From Basidiobolus meristosporus CBS 931.73 (lineage: Eukaryota; Fungi; Basidiobolomycota): a DNA stretch of 64,000 bases. The notes under the pieces are model-generated. The model was not told the origin of the DNA, did not search any database, and saw only the letters and a list, made by a program, of their open reading frames with translations. The DNA lies in NCBI GenBank assembly GCA_002104905.1, contig MCFE01000325.1, forward strand, positions 30,733 through 94,732, read 5' to 3'. Position 1 is the stretch's first letter; every line of letters starts with the position of its first letter. The translations under genes and the position numbers were made by a program. Below are positions 11,656 through 24,787 of this stretch, in pieces.

Positions 11656-14600
11656 TGTTGTAAAAGTTTGTATTTCCACCTAAATATTCACCTAGCTTAG
11701 TCACTTAGATCATTACCTTCAAATCCTAGAGAATACCAACCAAATTCCTTGTTGGGATTTACTTAGAATATTTTCACCAAGTTACCAGGTACCCAGAACA
11801 TGAAAATTCTCAAAGTTGTCCAAACAGCCCCAAACTTTGCACAAATGCTCTTGGGACCTTCCTTAACCTATTTTATGTGTTTGTAATGCCAAGTGTTGTA
11901 TCCAAGAGAAAGTGTAATAAAGCTCTTGAATGGTTTAACTGAACCAAAGGGACAATTAAGTGCAGAATCTTAGAATTGTCAGAGAGTGGTGGAAATATTA
12001 GCAGAAAGATTCTGATCTAATATTGGTCTTGGATATAGCTGGGTTGGCTATAAAGGCAATGATATTTGTTTGCTAGGCAGGCTAGGCTTGGTGTTCTTTG
12101 GAGTGCTAGATATACTAGGCTTGGATAGAAACTGGAACGGAATTGTTGGATTCTTATTTTTGCTGAGACAGAATCTTAATTTCGTTGAGACACACACTAA
12201 ACCAAAAGGTTCAGTAAACTTTATTTATACTTTTCTGATCAAGTTGAATTAGTAAGCGCCAAGGGACTGGATTGATTGAAATCAATTTGGGTGTTCATAG
12301 GTGCATAATATAAATGAAAATTACATCATCAATCAACTGATGTCTTGGCAACTGCACCATGGTTGGATAGATCTCAGATGACTAATCACCTGGGAAGGCT
12401 TGGCAGATAGGTTGATAACGTAATGACCATTTGAAAATAGATCAGGTGTGATCGCTAAAAATAGATTCTGAGGTGGGATAAAATAAACTGTAACTGGGAT
12501 TTGTTATGTTTGGGTTAGGGAAAATCAGTTTGGGTACTAGATTTTCAAACGGAGTAAAATTGGCTAAGTTTTAAATGTTGATGCACAACACCAAGACCAG
12601 GTAAAAGTACAAATACTATTTTTACATTCAGTAAATCATTAAGTGAAAACCACATAATCTACTTGTTCTCCCAATCACTTCCAATATCTCCAAGACTCTT
12701 ACAACAGGTTATGAGCCTCAAGCTGTCACTCTCTGCAATGTCTACTACTGCTATTATTGAAATTTTTCCCTCTGCTGAAAAGTTGGATGGATTTAACAAC
12801 CAAGTGTGGAAGGTGAAGTTGAAGATGCTGCTACAAGAAAGAGGCCTTTAGGATATATTCATGGAAGAAGAATGCCCTCCTAAAAACGTGGGAGAGAGAG
12901 CCTTAAAGTACTAGAAGAAAGAACAAAGTGCCTTTAACTGCATTTGCCTCAATGTCAAGGACAAATTGCTAATTCAATCCTCAAGAGCAAAAATGGCAAA
13001 GAATGCCTAGAAAGCATTAGAAGACACCAACAAGACATGTTTGGCTGCCAAGAAGATGTATCTGAGACAGAAATTCTTTATTACAAAGATGCTGCCAGGA
13101 GAAGAAATGAAAAATCTAATTAACAGAAATACCCTGCTGGTAGATGAGATGGAATCTTTTGGCATACCAACTACTGATGAGGATGTGATAGTTACCATCC
13201 TGAATAGGCTGACAGACAAGTTTCAGGGCCTTGTATCAGCCCTAGAGTCCAGAACTGAAGACTTGACCTTAAATTACTTATATGGAAGGCTCCTGGATGA
13301 AGATTTAAGAAAGTCAAGCACTAATAAGAAGGAAGAAGAAAATGCTTTAATAAGCAATGATAACCAACAAAGGAGGTACCCAAGAACCTACAAAGACAAC
13401 AGCAATCTGTTTTGTAACTACTGCAAAAGGAAAGGACACACATCAGACCAGTATCTCAAAAAGAAAGATAATCAGCAAAAGAAGCCTGAATATGGAAATG
13501 CTGCAACAACTGAAGATAGACTATTCATATCTGCACTAAATATGACTACAAACAAGGATTTTCAGATATGGTATATAGACTTTGGAGCATCTCAACATGT
13601 TACACACCAAAAAGAACTTTTTACCCAATATCAAGAAATTCCAATCAAGAAGGTTATCATGGGTGACAATTGAACACCTGATGCAGTGGGAGAAGGAACT
13701 ATTCAAGTAAACCTTAGAAGCAGTGAAGGAAACCATACACTGACCTTTAAAGAACTACTCTATGTACCAGAAATAGCCAAGAACCTACTCTCTGTAAGCA
13801 AGGCCACAGCAGAAGGACTCAGTTCCAGTTTTGACAATTCTGGATGCAGGATCACTGATCAATATGGTGCTCATATTGCTTTGGGCATCAGAGATTGGAA
13901 TCTATACAGGTTGACTTATATTCCATCATATCTGGAAGCCAATATAAGTAACTTAAATAAAGAAACACCTATGCTTTGGCATAGGAGAATTGGACACATC
14001 AATTCTGATTTTTTTTGTAAAATGATCAAAGATCAGCTAATTTCTGGAGTGAAAATTGATCCCACAGCTAATTTGGGGTACTGTGAAGCCTGCATATATG
14101 GGAAACAAGCCAGACAGCTGTTCAAGAGCTCAGGGTTAATCAAAACTAATCAAAAATTAGATCTAATTCACTCAGATCTGTGTGGACCTGTGCAAAATTT
14201 ATCCTTAGGTGGGATGAAGTATTTAATCACTTTTATTGATGATTATACAAGATACATGTGGGTTTACTTCATAAAGAGAAAGAAAGAAGCTCTGTCTAAG
14301 CTTGGGGAGTTTAAAGCCATGGTGGAGAGAGAAACTGGTGAAAAAATCAAGAAAATACTCTCTGACCATGGTGGAGAATATACCTCAAAACTCTTCATCC
14401 ACTTCTGCAAAATTCATGGGATAAAGCAAGAGCCTACTGTACCATACTCCCCACAGCAAAATGGAGTGGCAGAACGTGCTAACAGATCAATAATTGATAT
14501 AGCAAGATCTATGATCCATGATCAAAAATTATCCTATGATTTTTGGGCGGAATCAGTTGCCACAGCTGTGTACCTTAAGAATAGGAGTTATAATAGAATA

Positions 14601-17041
14601 CTTTGTGATTCTACTCCATTTGAAGCGTGATATGGATACAGACCAAGCTCAGAACATCTAAGAATATTTGAGTGTACAGCATATGCCAAAAAACTGGCCG
14701 GAAATCAGTCAAAATTTGAGCCAAAAAGTATAAATGCATATTTTTGGGCTACTGCAATGAGAGTGAGGCATAAAAACTCTACAATACCAAAGCAAAGAAG
14801 TTAATCAAGTCTAGGGATGTATTTTATGATGAAAATTCAAAATTTTCACAAAGAATGACATCAGATGATGACTAAAATTTGATCTCAAGTCCACCAATTG
14901 TCAGGATTGAATCAGAGCAAAACAATGAAAGTTTTTCCATTACAGAGAACTCTACAACCATGGTTCAGCCTGAAGCAGTGCCCAGGAATATCCCAGAAGT
15001 GATCTTTGCAGTATCAAATGCCTGGAGATCCAATTGAACAAGAAATAGCCCAAATTACTATATCAATGAGGGTACAAACTTAGCCTATGCCTATTCAGAC
15101 CCTATTGCTAAGCCCCAGACTGTAAAAGAGGCCCTAAATAGCCCTCAGACAAAGCTTTGGAGATCTCTAATGACTGAGAAATATCAGGCCCTGATGGAAA
15201 ATCAAACTTGGGACTTAGTCAAATTAACAATCAACCAAAAATCAATTAGACACAGATGGGTCTTCAAGACAAAATATAAGGCTGATGGTACAATTGAAAG
15301 ATACAAAGCAAGACTTGTGGCCAAAGGATACTCTCAAACGAAAGGACCTGACTATACTGAGATCTTTGCACCGGTAGCCAAATTTAATTCCATCAGATTA
15401 ATATTGGCTATTGCAGCCAAATAAAAGTTTTTTATTCATCGAATGGATGTAATAACTGCATTTTTGAATGGAGAACTTGATGAGGACAAATATATGGGCC
15501 AACCAGATGGGTTTGTTAACCAAGATAACCCCCATTTGGTCTGCAAGCTTAAAAAGTTACTATATGGTCTCAAACAATCACCCAGAGCCTGGAATTGCAC
15601 AATAGATTCTTATTTAGAATCTTTGAGTTTCAAAAGGAGTAATGCTAACTATAGTATATACTATAAGCCAGATAGAGCAAATCCAGTTCTATTAGCTCTA
15701 TATGTGGATGATCTTATTATAGCCGCCAATAACCTAGAAACATTGGAAGAGACTAAGTCCAGCCTATCTAAGGAGTTCAAGATGTCCTATATAGGAGAAC
15801 TTAATTATTACTTAAGGATTGAGTTCTCTGTAGACAGAAGTACCCAGACTATCACCCTAAGTCAATCTAAGTATATTCAAGATATACTGAAGAAGTACCA
15901 AATGGAAGACTGTAAACCGGCAGCTACCCCAATGGAAACAAACCTTAACTTGGTCAAAACTCAACCAAATCAAGAGAGCTTGGTGCCATCTGAAAGCCCT
16001 GACTTTCCTTATCAATCTATGGGTGGCAGTTTGATGTATATCGTGCTTGGAACACGTCAAGATATCTCATATTCAGTGGGAGTTGTCAGCCAACATAATC
16101 AGAACTATGGATCTGATCATATTGCAGCAGTTAAGTGGATTTTGAGATACCTAAAAGGAACTGCTGATATCTGCTTAAAATACACTTATAAGGATTCAGA
16201 ACAGGATCTTGTGGGATACTCTGATGCTGATTGGGGACAAAATTTAGAAGACAGAAGATCCACTACAAGATACACCTTTCTTTACTGTAAAGGAGCAATT
16301 TCATGGAATTCAAGAATGCAACCAACCATAGCACTTTCTACCACAGAGGCTGAGTATATGGCAGCCTGTGAAGCTACAAAAGAAGTAATGTGGTTAAGAA
16401 AGCTTTTTACAGATTTAGGCCTATGTCAAAAAATGCCTATTACTTTATTTCAAGATAATCAAGGATGTATACAATTAGGTAGAAATCCAACTTTTCATGC
16501 TAGAACCAAGCACATAGATATTAGACATCATTTCATATGTGAAGCTATAGAGAGTCACCTAGTTAGCTTAGTTTACTGTCCTACAGATGAAATGATTGCA
16601 GACATACTTACCAAACCATTAGCTAGAGACAAGTATGAATATCTTAGGTCAGAATTGGGACTAGTCAGTAGGAACATTTAGCTGAGTGGGAGTGTTGTAA
16701 AAATTTGTATTTCCACCTAAATATTCACCTGACTTAGTCACTTAGATCATTACCTTCAAATACTAGAGAATACCAACCAAATTCCTTGTTGGGATTTACT
16801 TGGAATATTTTCACCAAATTACCAGGTACCCAGAACATGAAAATTCTCAAAGTTGTCCAAACAGCCCCAAACTTTGCACAAATGCTCTTGAGACCTTCCT
16901 TAACCTATTCTATGTGTTTGTAATGACAAGACCAGGTAAAAGTACAAATACTATTTTTACATTCAATAAATCATTAAGTGAAAACCACATAATCTACTTG
17001 TTCTCCCAGTCACTCCCAATATCTCCAAGACTCTTACAACA
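11656..17041 (+). mobile_element. Full-length but defective Ty1/copia retrotransposon A: 5' LTR 11656-12706 (interrupted), PBS GGTTATGAGCC at 12707, gag-pol with stops, PPT GAGTGGGAG, 3' LTR 16693-17041, TSD GCAAT
   Basis: GCAAT at 11651-11655 and 17042-17046. The 349-bp LTRs differ at about 12 positions. Copia order gag-PR-IN-RT-RH, with ORFs 13041..13673, 13686..14630 and 15443..16681. Confidence 0.95.
11894..12590. mobile_element. 697-bp solo LTR (different family) inserted into the 5' LTR of element A
   Basis: Ends TGTTGT...ACAACA, flanked by a CCAAG duplication (11889-11893, 12591-12595). Removing it restores colinearity with the 3' LTR. Confidence 0.85.
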
Positions 17042-20000
17042 GCAATATGATCAGGTCCATAGTTCTGATTATGCTTGCTGACAGCTTCCACTGCATATGA
17101 GACATCTAGACATGTTCCAGTCATGATATACATCAGACTGCCAACTATATATTGATAAGAAAAGTCAGGGCTTTCAGATGGCACCAAGCTCTCTTGATTT
17201 GGTCAAGTTTCAACCAAGTTAAGGTTTGTTTCCATTGGGGAAGCTGCCAGTTTACAATCTTCCATTTTATACTTCTTTAGTATATCTTGAATATAATTGT
17301 ACTGGCTTAGGGTAATAGTCTGGGTACTTCTGTCTATGGAAAGCTTAATCCCAAAGTAGTAACTGAGCTCTCCTAGATTGGACATCTTGAACTCCTTAGA
17401 TAGGCTGGATTAAGTCTCTTCCAATATTTTGAGGTTATTGGCGGCTATAATAAGATCATCAACATATAGAGCTAATAGAACTGGATTTGCTCTATCTGGC
17501 TTATAGTATATACTATAGTTAGCATTACTCCTTTTGAAACTCAAAGATTCTAAATAAGAATCTATTGTGCAATTCCAGGCTCTGGGTGATTGTTTGAGAC
17601 CATATAGTAACTTTTTAAGCTTGCAGACCAAATGGGGGTTATCTTGGTTAACAAACCCATCCAGCTGGCCCATATACATGTCCTCATCAAATTCTTCATT
17701 CAAAAATGCAGCTTTTATATCCATTCGATGAATAAAAAACTTTTATTTGGCTGCAATAGCCAATATTAATCTGATGGAATTAAATTTGGCTACCGGTGCA
17801 AAGATCTCAGTATAGTCAGGTCCTTTTGTTTGAGAGTATCCTTTGGCCACAAGTCTTGCTTTGTATCTTTCAATTGTACCATCAGCCTTATATTTTGTCT
17901 TGAAGACCCATCTGCGTCTAATTGATTTTTGGTTGATTGTTAATTTGACTAAGTCCCAAGTTTGATTTTCCATCAGGGCCTGATATTTCTCAGTCATTAG
18001 AGATCTCCAAAGCTTTGTCTGAGGGCTATTTAGGGCCTCTTTTACAGTCTGGGGCTTAGCAATAGGGTCTGAATAGGCATAGGCTAAGTTTGTACCCTCA
18101 TTGATATAGTAATTTGGGCTATTTCTTGTTCAATTGGATCTCCAGGCATTTGATACTGCAAAGATCACTTCTGGGATATTCCTGGGCACTGCTTCAGGCT
18201 GAACCATGGTTGTAGAGTTCTCTGTAATGGAAAAACTTTCATTGTTTTGCTCTGATTCAATCCTGACAATTGGTGGACTTGAGATCAAATTTTAGTCATC
18301 ATCTGATGTCATTCTTTGTGAAAATTTTGAATTTTCATCATAAAATACATCCCTAGACTTGATTAACTTCTTTGCTTTGGTATTGTAGAGTTTTTATGCC
18401 TCACTCTCATTGCAGTAGCCCAAAAATATGCATTTATACTTTTTGGCTCAAATTTTGACTGATTTCCGGCCAGTTTCTTGGCATATGCTGTACACCCATA
18501 TATTCTTAGACATTCTGCAATTGATCTGCATTCATACCATACTTCAAATGGAGTAGAATCACAAAGTATTCTGTTATAACTTCTATCTTCAAGGTATACA
18601 GCTGTGGCAACTGATTCCGCTCAAAAATCATACAATAATTTTCAATCATGGATCTTAGATCTTGCTATATCAATTATTGATCTGTTAGCACATTCTACTA
18701 CTTCATTTTGCTGCAGGGAGTATGGTACAGTAGTCTCTTGCTTTATCCCATGAATTTTGCAGAAGTGGATGAAGAGTTTTGAGGTATAATCTCCACCATA
18801 GTCAGAGCATATTTTCTTGATTTTTTCACCTGTTTCTCTCTCCACCATGGCTTTAAACTCCCCAAGCTTAGACAGAGCTTCTTTCTTTCTCTCCATGAAG
18901 TAAACCCACATGTATCTTGTATAATCATCAATAAAAGTGATTAAATACTTCATCCCACCTAAGGATAAATTTTGCATAGGTCCACACAGATCTGAGTGAA
19001 TTAGATCTAATTTTTGATTAGTTTTGATTTACCCAGAGCTCTTGAACAGTTGTCTGGTTTGTTTTCCATGTATGCAGGCTTCACAGTACTTCAAATCATC
19101 TGGGGATCAGCTTTCATGCCAAAAATTAGCTAATCTTTGATCATTTTGCACCAAAAATCAAAATTGATGCGTCCAGATCTTCTGTGCCAAAGCATTGGTG
19201 TTTCTTCATTTACATTACCTATATTGGCTTCCAAATATGATGGAATATGAGTCAACTTGTACAGATTTGGATATCCAATACCCAAAGCAATATGGGCACC
19301 ATTTTGATCAGTGATCTTGCATCCAGAATTGTCAAAGCTGAAATTGAGTCTTTCTCCAGTGGCCTTGCTTACAGATAGTAGATTCTTGGCTCTTTCTGGT
19401 GCATAGAGTACTTCTTTAAAGGTCAGTGTATGGCTTCCTTCAATGCATCTAAGGTTTACTTGGATAGTTCCTTCTCCCACTGCATCAAGTGTTCTATCAA
19501 TACCCATTTAAACCTACTTAATTGGAATTTCTTGATATTGGGTAAAAAGTTCTTTTTAGTGTGTAACATGTTGAGATGCTCCAAAGTCTATATACCATAT
19601 CTGAAAATCCTTGTTTGTAGTCATATTTAGTGCAGATATGAATAGTCTATCTTCAGTTATTGCAGCATTGCCATATTCAGGCTTCTTTTACTGATTATCT
19701 TTCTTTTTAAGACACCGGTCTGATGTGTGTCCTTTCCCTTTGCAGTAGTTGCAAAACAGGTTGCTTTTGTCTTTGTAGGGTGTTGGGTACCTCCTTTGTT
19801 GGTTATCATTGCTTAATAAAGCATTTTCTTCTTCCATCTTATTGGCGCTTGATTTCCTTAATTCTTCATCCAGGAGGCTTCCATATACATAATTCAAGGT
19901 CCAATCTTCAGTTCTGGACTCCAGGGCTAATACAAGGCCCTAACACTCATCTGTCAGGCTATTCAGGATGGCTACTATCACATCCTCATCAGTAGTTGGT

Positions 20001-20183
20001 ACACCCACAGCTTCCATTGCATCTACCAGCAGGGTAATTCTGTTAATTAGATTTTTCATTTATTCTTCTGGTAGCATCTTTGTAGTAAAGAGTTTTTGTC
20101 TTGGATACATCTTCTTGGCAGCTGAACATGTCTGGTAGGTGTCTTCTAATGCTTTCCTGGCATTCTTTGCCATTTTTGCTCTT

Positions 20184-23100
20184 AGAGAGTCTGTCAATCA
20201 GATCTCTACCCCAGTTTTGAATCACTATAACCATCCAATTTCCAACTATTAGCTGCTCCTGAGTATTCCAGTACCATATTTACTGTACCTTGTAGATATC
20301 TGAAAATCTGCTTAACTGCTGTAATTTGATCTGATCCATAATTATGCATCAATGGAATGACTATTCCAGCTGCCACTGCAATATCAGGACATGTAAACAC
20401 CACCAAGTACATCAGACTACTGACCATTGACTGGTAGGGAAAGTCTTGGTCCATATTTGAGCTGTTTTCACCCAAAACTGGCTGAGATCTGCTCAATTTT
20501 AGATTATTGTCCTTGGGGTAGCCGCAGGCTTTCAATTTTGCATTTTAAAGCATCTAAAAATGTCCCTGATGTACTTAAACTGACTCAGCACAACTTTTTA
20601 TGTAGGTATGTCAAAATTCACTTCAATTCCAAGAAAATAGCACTATTTTCCAAAAATTTTTATCTCAAACTTGCTATAGAGATCTGATTCTGTCTGTTTA
20701 AGGGCCTCCAGGTCACTTGTGGCTATTATTAGGTTGCCCACATACAGAACTAGGATGATCACACCCTTTTTGAGCTGTTTCATATATATAGTGAGATCTG
20801 CAGTGCTACAAACAAACCCAATCTCTTCTAGATGTGTGTCAATTTTTTTATACCATGCTCAAGATGCCTGCTTAAGCCCATACAGCAATTTCCTGAGTCT
20901 GCACATCTTATGGGGGCTGTTTGGATTGGTAAAACCTTCTGGTTGCTCCATATATATAGTAGACTTGTTCTGTTGGATAGTGCCACATTGAGCCATGAGT
21001 GCCACATGATGCCATAGTGTGCCAGGGAGGCCAAATGAACCTATACATAGCCACAGAGTGAGAAACAGAGCTCTGCATTTTGATGCAAAGTTACCCCTGT
21101 GTTTCACCCATTGTGTTGGAGATAATCCATTTTTTGACCTTTTTTTTTAGGTCAATGTTGTGCAGGATGTGTAAGAGCACAACAGGATTAAAGACATGCA
21201 TCAGGTACTCAGTGCCCATGGCACCCTGAATCTAGCTCCTGTGGCTTGTAGCATGTCACAAAAATGCATGGTACTATCTTGGTCCACTGGTACTATCCGG
21301 CACTATAATTGCTTTGTATAGATCCTACTTTAGGGCTAATAATTAAATATAGTGCCAGATAGTACCAGTGGACCAAGATAGTACCATGCATTTTTGTGAC
21401 ATGCTACAAGCCACAGGAGCTAGATTCAGAGTGCCATGGGCATTGCATACCTGATGCATGTCTTCAGTTCCTCTGTGCCCTTACGCATTCTGCACAACAT
21501 TGATCCACAAAATAGCACCAAAATATGGATTTTCTCCTATAACATAGGTGAAACACAGGGGCTGCTTTGCATGAAGATGCAGAGCTCTGATTCACACTCC
21601 ATGACCAAGTATAGGTTCACTTGGCCACTCTGGCACACTATGGCATCACTTGGCACTCATGGCTCAGTGTGGCACTATCCAACAGAACAAGTCTAGTCAC
21701 TTGCAAATCCCCATTTAGAAAGGCTGTTTTGACGTCCATTTGGTGTAGATCCAGACTGTGTACAGCTGCCAGGGCTAGAACTGTCCTAATGGAGTTAAAC
21801 TTTGCAACCAGAGCAAATATGTCCTTGAAGTCTATTCCCTGAATCTGGGAATAGCCTTTAGCCACCAATCTAGCCTTGTACTTCTCAATGGTACCATTTG
21901 AGGTTATCTTGATCTTGCAGACCCAACTAAATCCTACTGGCTTTCTCCCATTTGATAAATCTACCAGTTCCCATGTTTTTGCTTTGATCAGAGATTAGTA
22001 CTCCTCCTGCATGGCTTGTTGCCACAAAGTAGCATCTAGACTTTGCATTGCCTGTTCTGGATTCTGAGGTTTGGCACATAAGGCAAGATAAGCTTCTTGA
22101 TGATCATTGAATGTCTGCCACCAGGATCCAGGGGCATTTCTTATTCTGGTAGTTCGCCTAACAGGAATAATCTGCTCTCATCTGGAACTGGTAAAATTAT
22201 CTTCCGTATCTGGCTGAATTTGGTACATATCTTCTTCATCAGTGTTGATTGCATCTTCAGGCAGCTGGCCAATGATTTCTGTGGCTTTCTGGTCTGAATT
22301 CTCCTCAAATACAATGTCCCTGCTCTTGATCAGCTTATAAATTTTGCCATCACACACTCTATACCCTTTATATCATAACAATACCCAAGAAATGTCCCTT
22401 TTCTACTCTTTTGCTCCAGCTTTGAGCATTTTTTGCCACGGATGTGATAAAAGACATCACTGCCAAAGATCCTGAGGTGCCAGAGGTCAGGTTTTTTGCC
22501 TTTATATGCTTCAAAGGGTGTAGACTCCTGTAGTGCTGTTGCTGGGCATCTATTCTTGATGTATACAGTGGTAGCAACAGATTCACCCCAAAAATTGCAG
22601 TCCATTCCCTTATCATGTAGCATAGATCTTCCCATCTCTACTATTGTTCTATTTGCATGTTCTGCTACTCCATATTACTGTGGAGTATGTGGAACAGTGG
22701 TCTGCAGAATTATACTAGTAGATGCACAGTATTTTGCAAACTCCTTTTAGCAGTATTAGCCTACATTGTCACTTTGAGGTATCTTCAATTTACACCAAGT
22801 TTGTGTTTCAGCCATGTTCTTGAAGTATTTAACTGTCTCTAAAGCCTCATCCTTTGCTTGAGGAAGTATACCCATGTATATCTTGTCTTGTCATCTCAGG
22901 CACACTGATCTTGCATTGTAACTTGTATTTATTGTGATCTCTGATTCTCAAAGCTAATTATTGTCCATTTTTACTCAATATTGAGCAGTTCAGCTTAGTA
23001 AAAACAAATTTCAGTCCCTGAGCAGTTGCTTTACTGACTGAGAGTAGGTTCTTAGGCTAATTGAGGGACATAGAGTACGTCAGTCAGTTTTGCTGTTGTA

Positions 23101-24281
23101 GCCCCTGAGATATCACTCACATTTAGTAGTATAGACCCACTGGCAGTAGCTTCCAATGCAGAGTTGTCTCCCAGATAAACCTTTCTTACAGGAATAGTCT
23201 TCAAGTTGCTGAACCACTCCTTTATACCACAAATGTGCTGTGATGCTCCAGAGTCAATATACCATTCATTACTTTGGTTACTTGCACTCTCTTGTACAGT
23301 TACAAATAACTGTTCATCAGTATTTATATGGTTTGCTTGCTCCAGCTTCTGTTTTTTGTCTGCTTGTCTCTTCTTGCATTCTCTTGCCCAGTGTCCTGGC
23401 TTCTTACAGTAGTTGCAGCAACCAGATTTTCTTTGGTTTTGTTGCTCTCCCTTCTTTTCTGTGTGCCTCTTTGAGCTGAATAGAGCATTGTCTTCAATTT
23501 TCTCTGCTTGAACATTACGTCTGAGTTCTTCACAAAGAGGTCTTTCTTTAACATAGTACAAAGTTGAATTGTCTTCTCTGCTTTCAAAAGAAAGTTTGAG
23601 TGGCTCATACTCTTGTGGTAGGCTGCAAGGCAGACAGAGTATCTTTTCTTCATCATCTACACCAGAATTACTACTGTAAAGTTTTTCTGCAAGTGTCTCC
23701 GTTCTGGTAATGCATTGTAGCATGTCATCATCTGGCTTCTTCCTCATGTTGAAGAATTTTTGTTTTTGATAAAGCTTGCTTGATGCTGATTTTGCTCTAA
23801 AGATCTTCTCTAAGGATTCCCACGCTTCTTTGGCAGTACTTGAAGCATGAATTTGTTCAATGAAGGAATCTTGCACATAGATAGATATAGCATTAAAGGC
23901 CTTTCTCTCCTTCTCTTGAAACTTCTTCACATCTTCTGCTGTGGAACTTATCAAGATATAGTCATAATAGTCAAACTGTTGTTTATTCCTAAAGTGGATC
24001 ATTATTAATAACTTTGTAGAAGTAATACTGTTGTAACACTAAGAAAGGGGAGATTCTCAACATTCAGCAGCATTCTGTAACAGTTTCAGGGTTAGTACAT
24101 AATGTTTGGTAAAAAGCGTTAATTTAATCTTCACTATAGGGGAATAATTATATGATCATAGATGTAAAGAAACTGGCAAGGTTGGGGCTGAAAGCAAGTT
24201 ATACAGTGACCAAAGCTATTCTAGAGTAGTTAAGTAAATTTTTAGCTGCTGAATGATACCAAATAGCCCAATATTTCAACA
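20184..24281 (-). mobile_element. Degenerate copia family C copy (partial 5' LTR ~24015-24281, gag 23052..24002, IN/RT remnants, 3' end deleted), apparently inserted in the gag of a family A element
   Basis: High similarity to 47019-51703 (RAKSASSKLY, CCNYCKKPGHWAREC, WYIDSGASQHICG). Family A gag resumes at 24282. Confidence 0.85.
20961..21694. mobile_element. 734-bp foldback (near-fully palindromic) non-autonomous element, TSD AGT
   Basis: Starts AGACTTGTTCTGTTGGATAGTGCC and ends GGCACTATCCAACAGAACAAGTCT. The ~350-bp arms are reverse complements around a ~30-bp loop. Removing it with one AGT restores the copia RT sequence length. Confidence 0.88.
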
Positions 24282-24787
24282 CTTCTCACATAACAGAACC
24301 ACATTTGCCTCTTTCTTGTGCCATCATCTTCATCTTGACATTCCACACCTTGTCATTAGGTCCATCAAAATTTATGCAGTGGAAAAGCTCCAATACTAGC
24401 AACAGTAGACATTGCAGGGAATGACAGCTTTGGGCTCCTAACCTGTTTTACAAGTCTTGGGCTTAATGGAAGTGATTATGAAAACAAGTAGACTTGTGTG
24501 GCTTTCACTAAATCATTTGTCTAATGTGAAAGTAGTAGCAATAGTTTACATGGTTTTGAAGTAAAATGCACATAAAATAGGTTTAGGAAGGTCCCAAGCA
24601 CATGTGTGCAAAGTTTGGGGCTGTCTGGACAACTATGGGAACTTCATGTTCAGGGTACCTGATTTCCTGGTGAAAATATTCCAAGTCCCAAAAAGTAATT
24701 TGTTCAGTATTCTCTAGGATTTGAAGGTAATCATCTAAGTCACTAAGTTAGGTGAGTATTTAGGTGGAATTACATATTTTTACAACA
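24282..24787 (-). mobile_element. Family A gag start, PBS (GGTTAGGAGCCC on minus) and diverged 5' LTR 24444-24787
   Basis: Homology to 12707-12880 and to the family A LTR; TG...CA ends. Confidence 0.8.

Larger units (their letters stand above)
10915..20183 (-). mobile_element. Copia element B (family A), antisense, interrupted by element A. 3' LTR 10915-11264, PPT 11265-11273, RNase H/RT/IN/gag remnants at 11274-11655 and 17042-20183
   Basis: TG...CA LTR matching family A. Minus ORFs carry RT (YKARLVAKGYSQ, LYVDDLII), integrase (FIDDYTRYMWVYF) and a gag zinc knuckle (CNYCKGKGH). Confidence 0.88.

Noticed and set aside
20961-21694. CRISPR array or structured ncRNA gene
   Set aside because: There is no repeat-spacer periodicity. 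The insertion with a TSD and a terminus shared with a transposase element explain it as a mobile element.
10915-24787. The LTRs at 10915 and 24444 as the two ends of one insertion
   Set aside because: The flanks TATGC and TATAG do not form a clean TSD and the LTRs are strongly diverged. It remains possible but is not supported.
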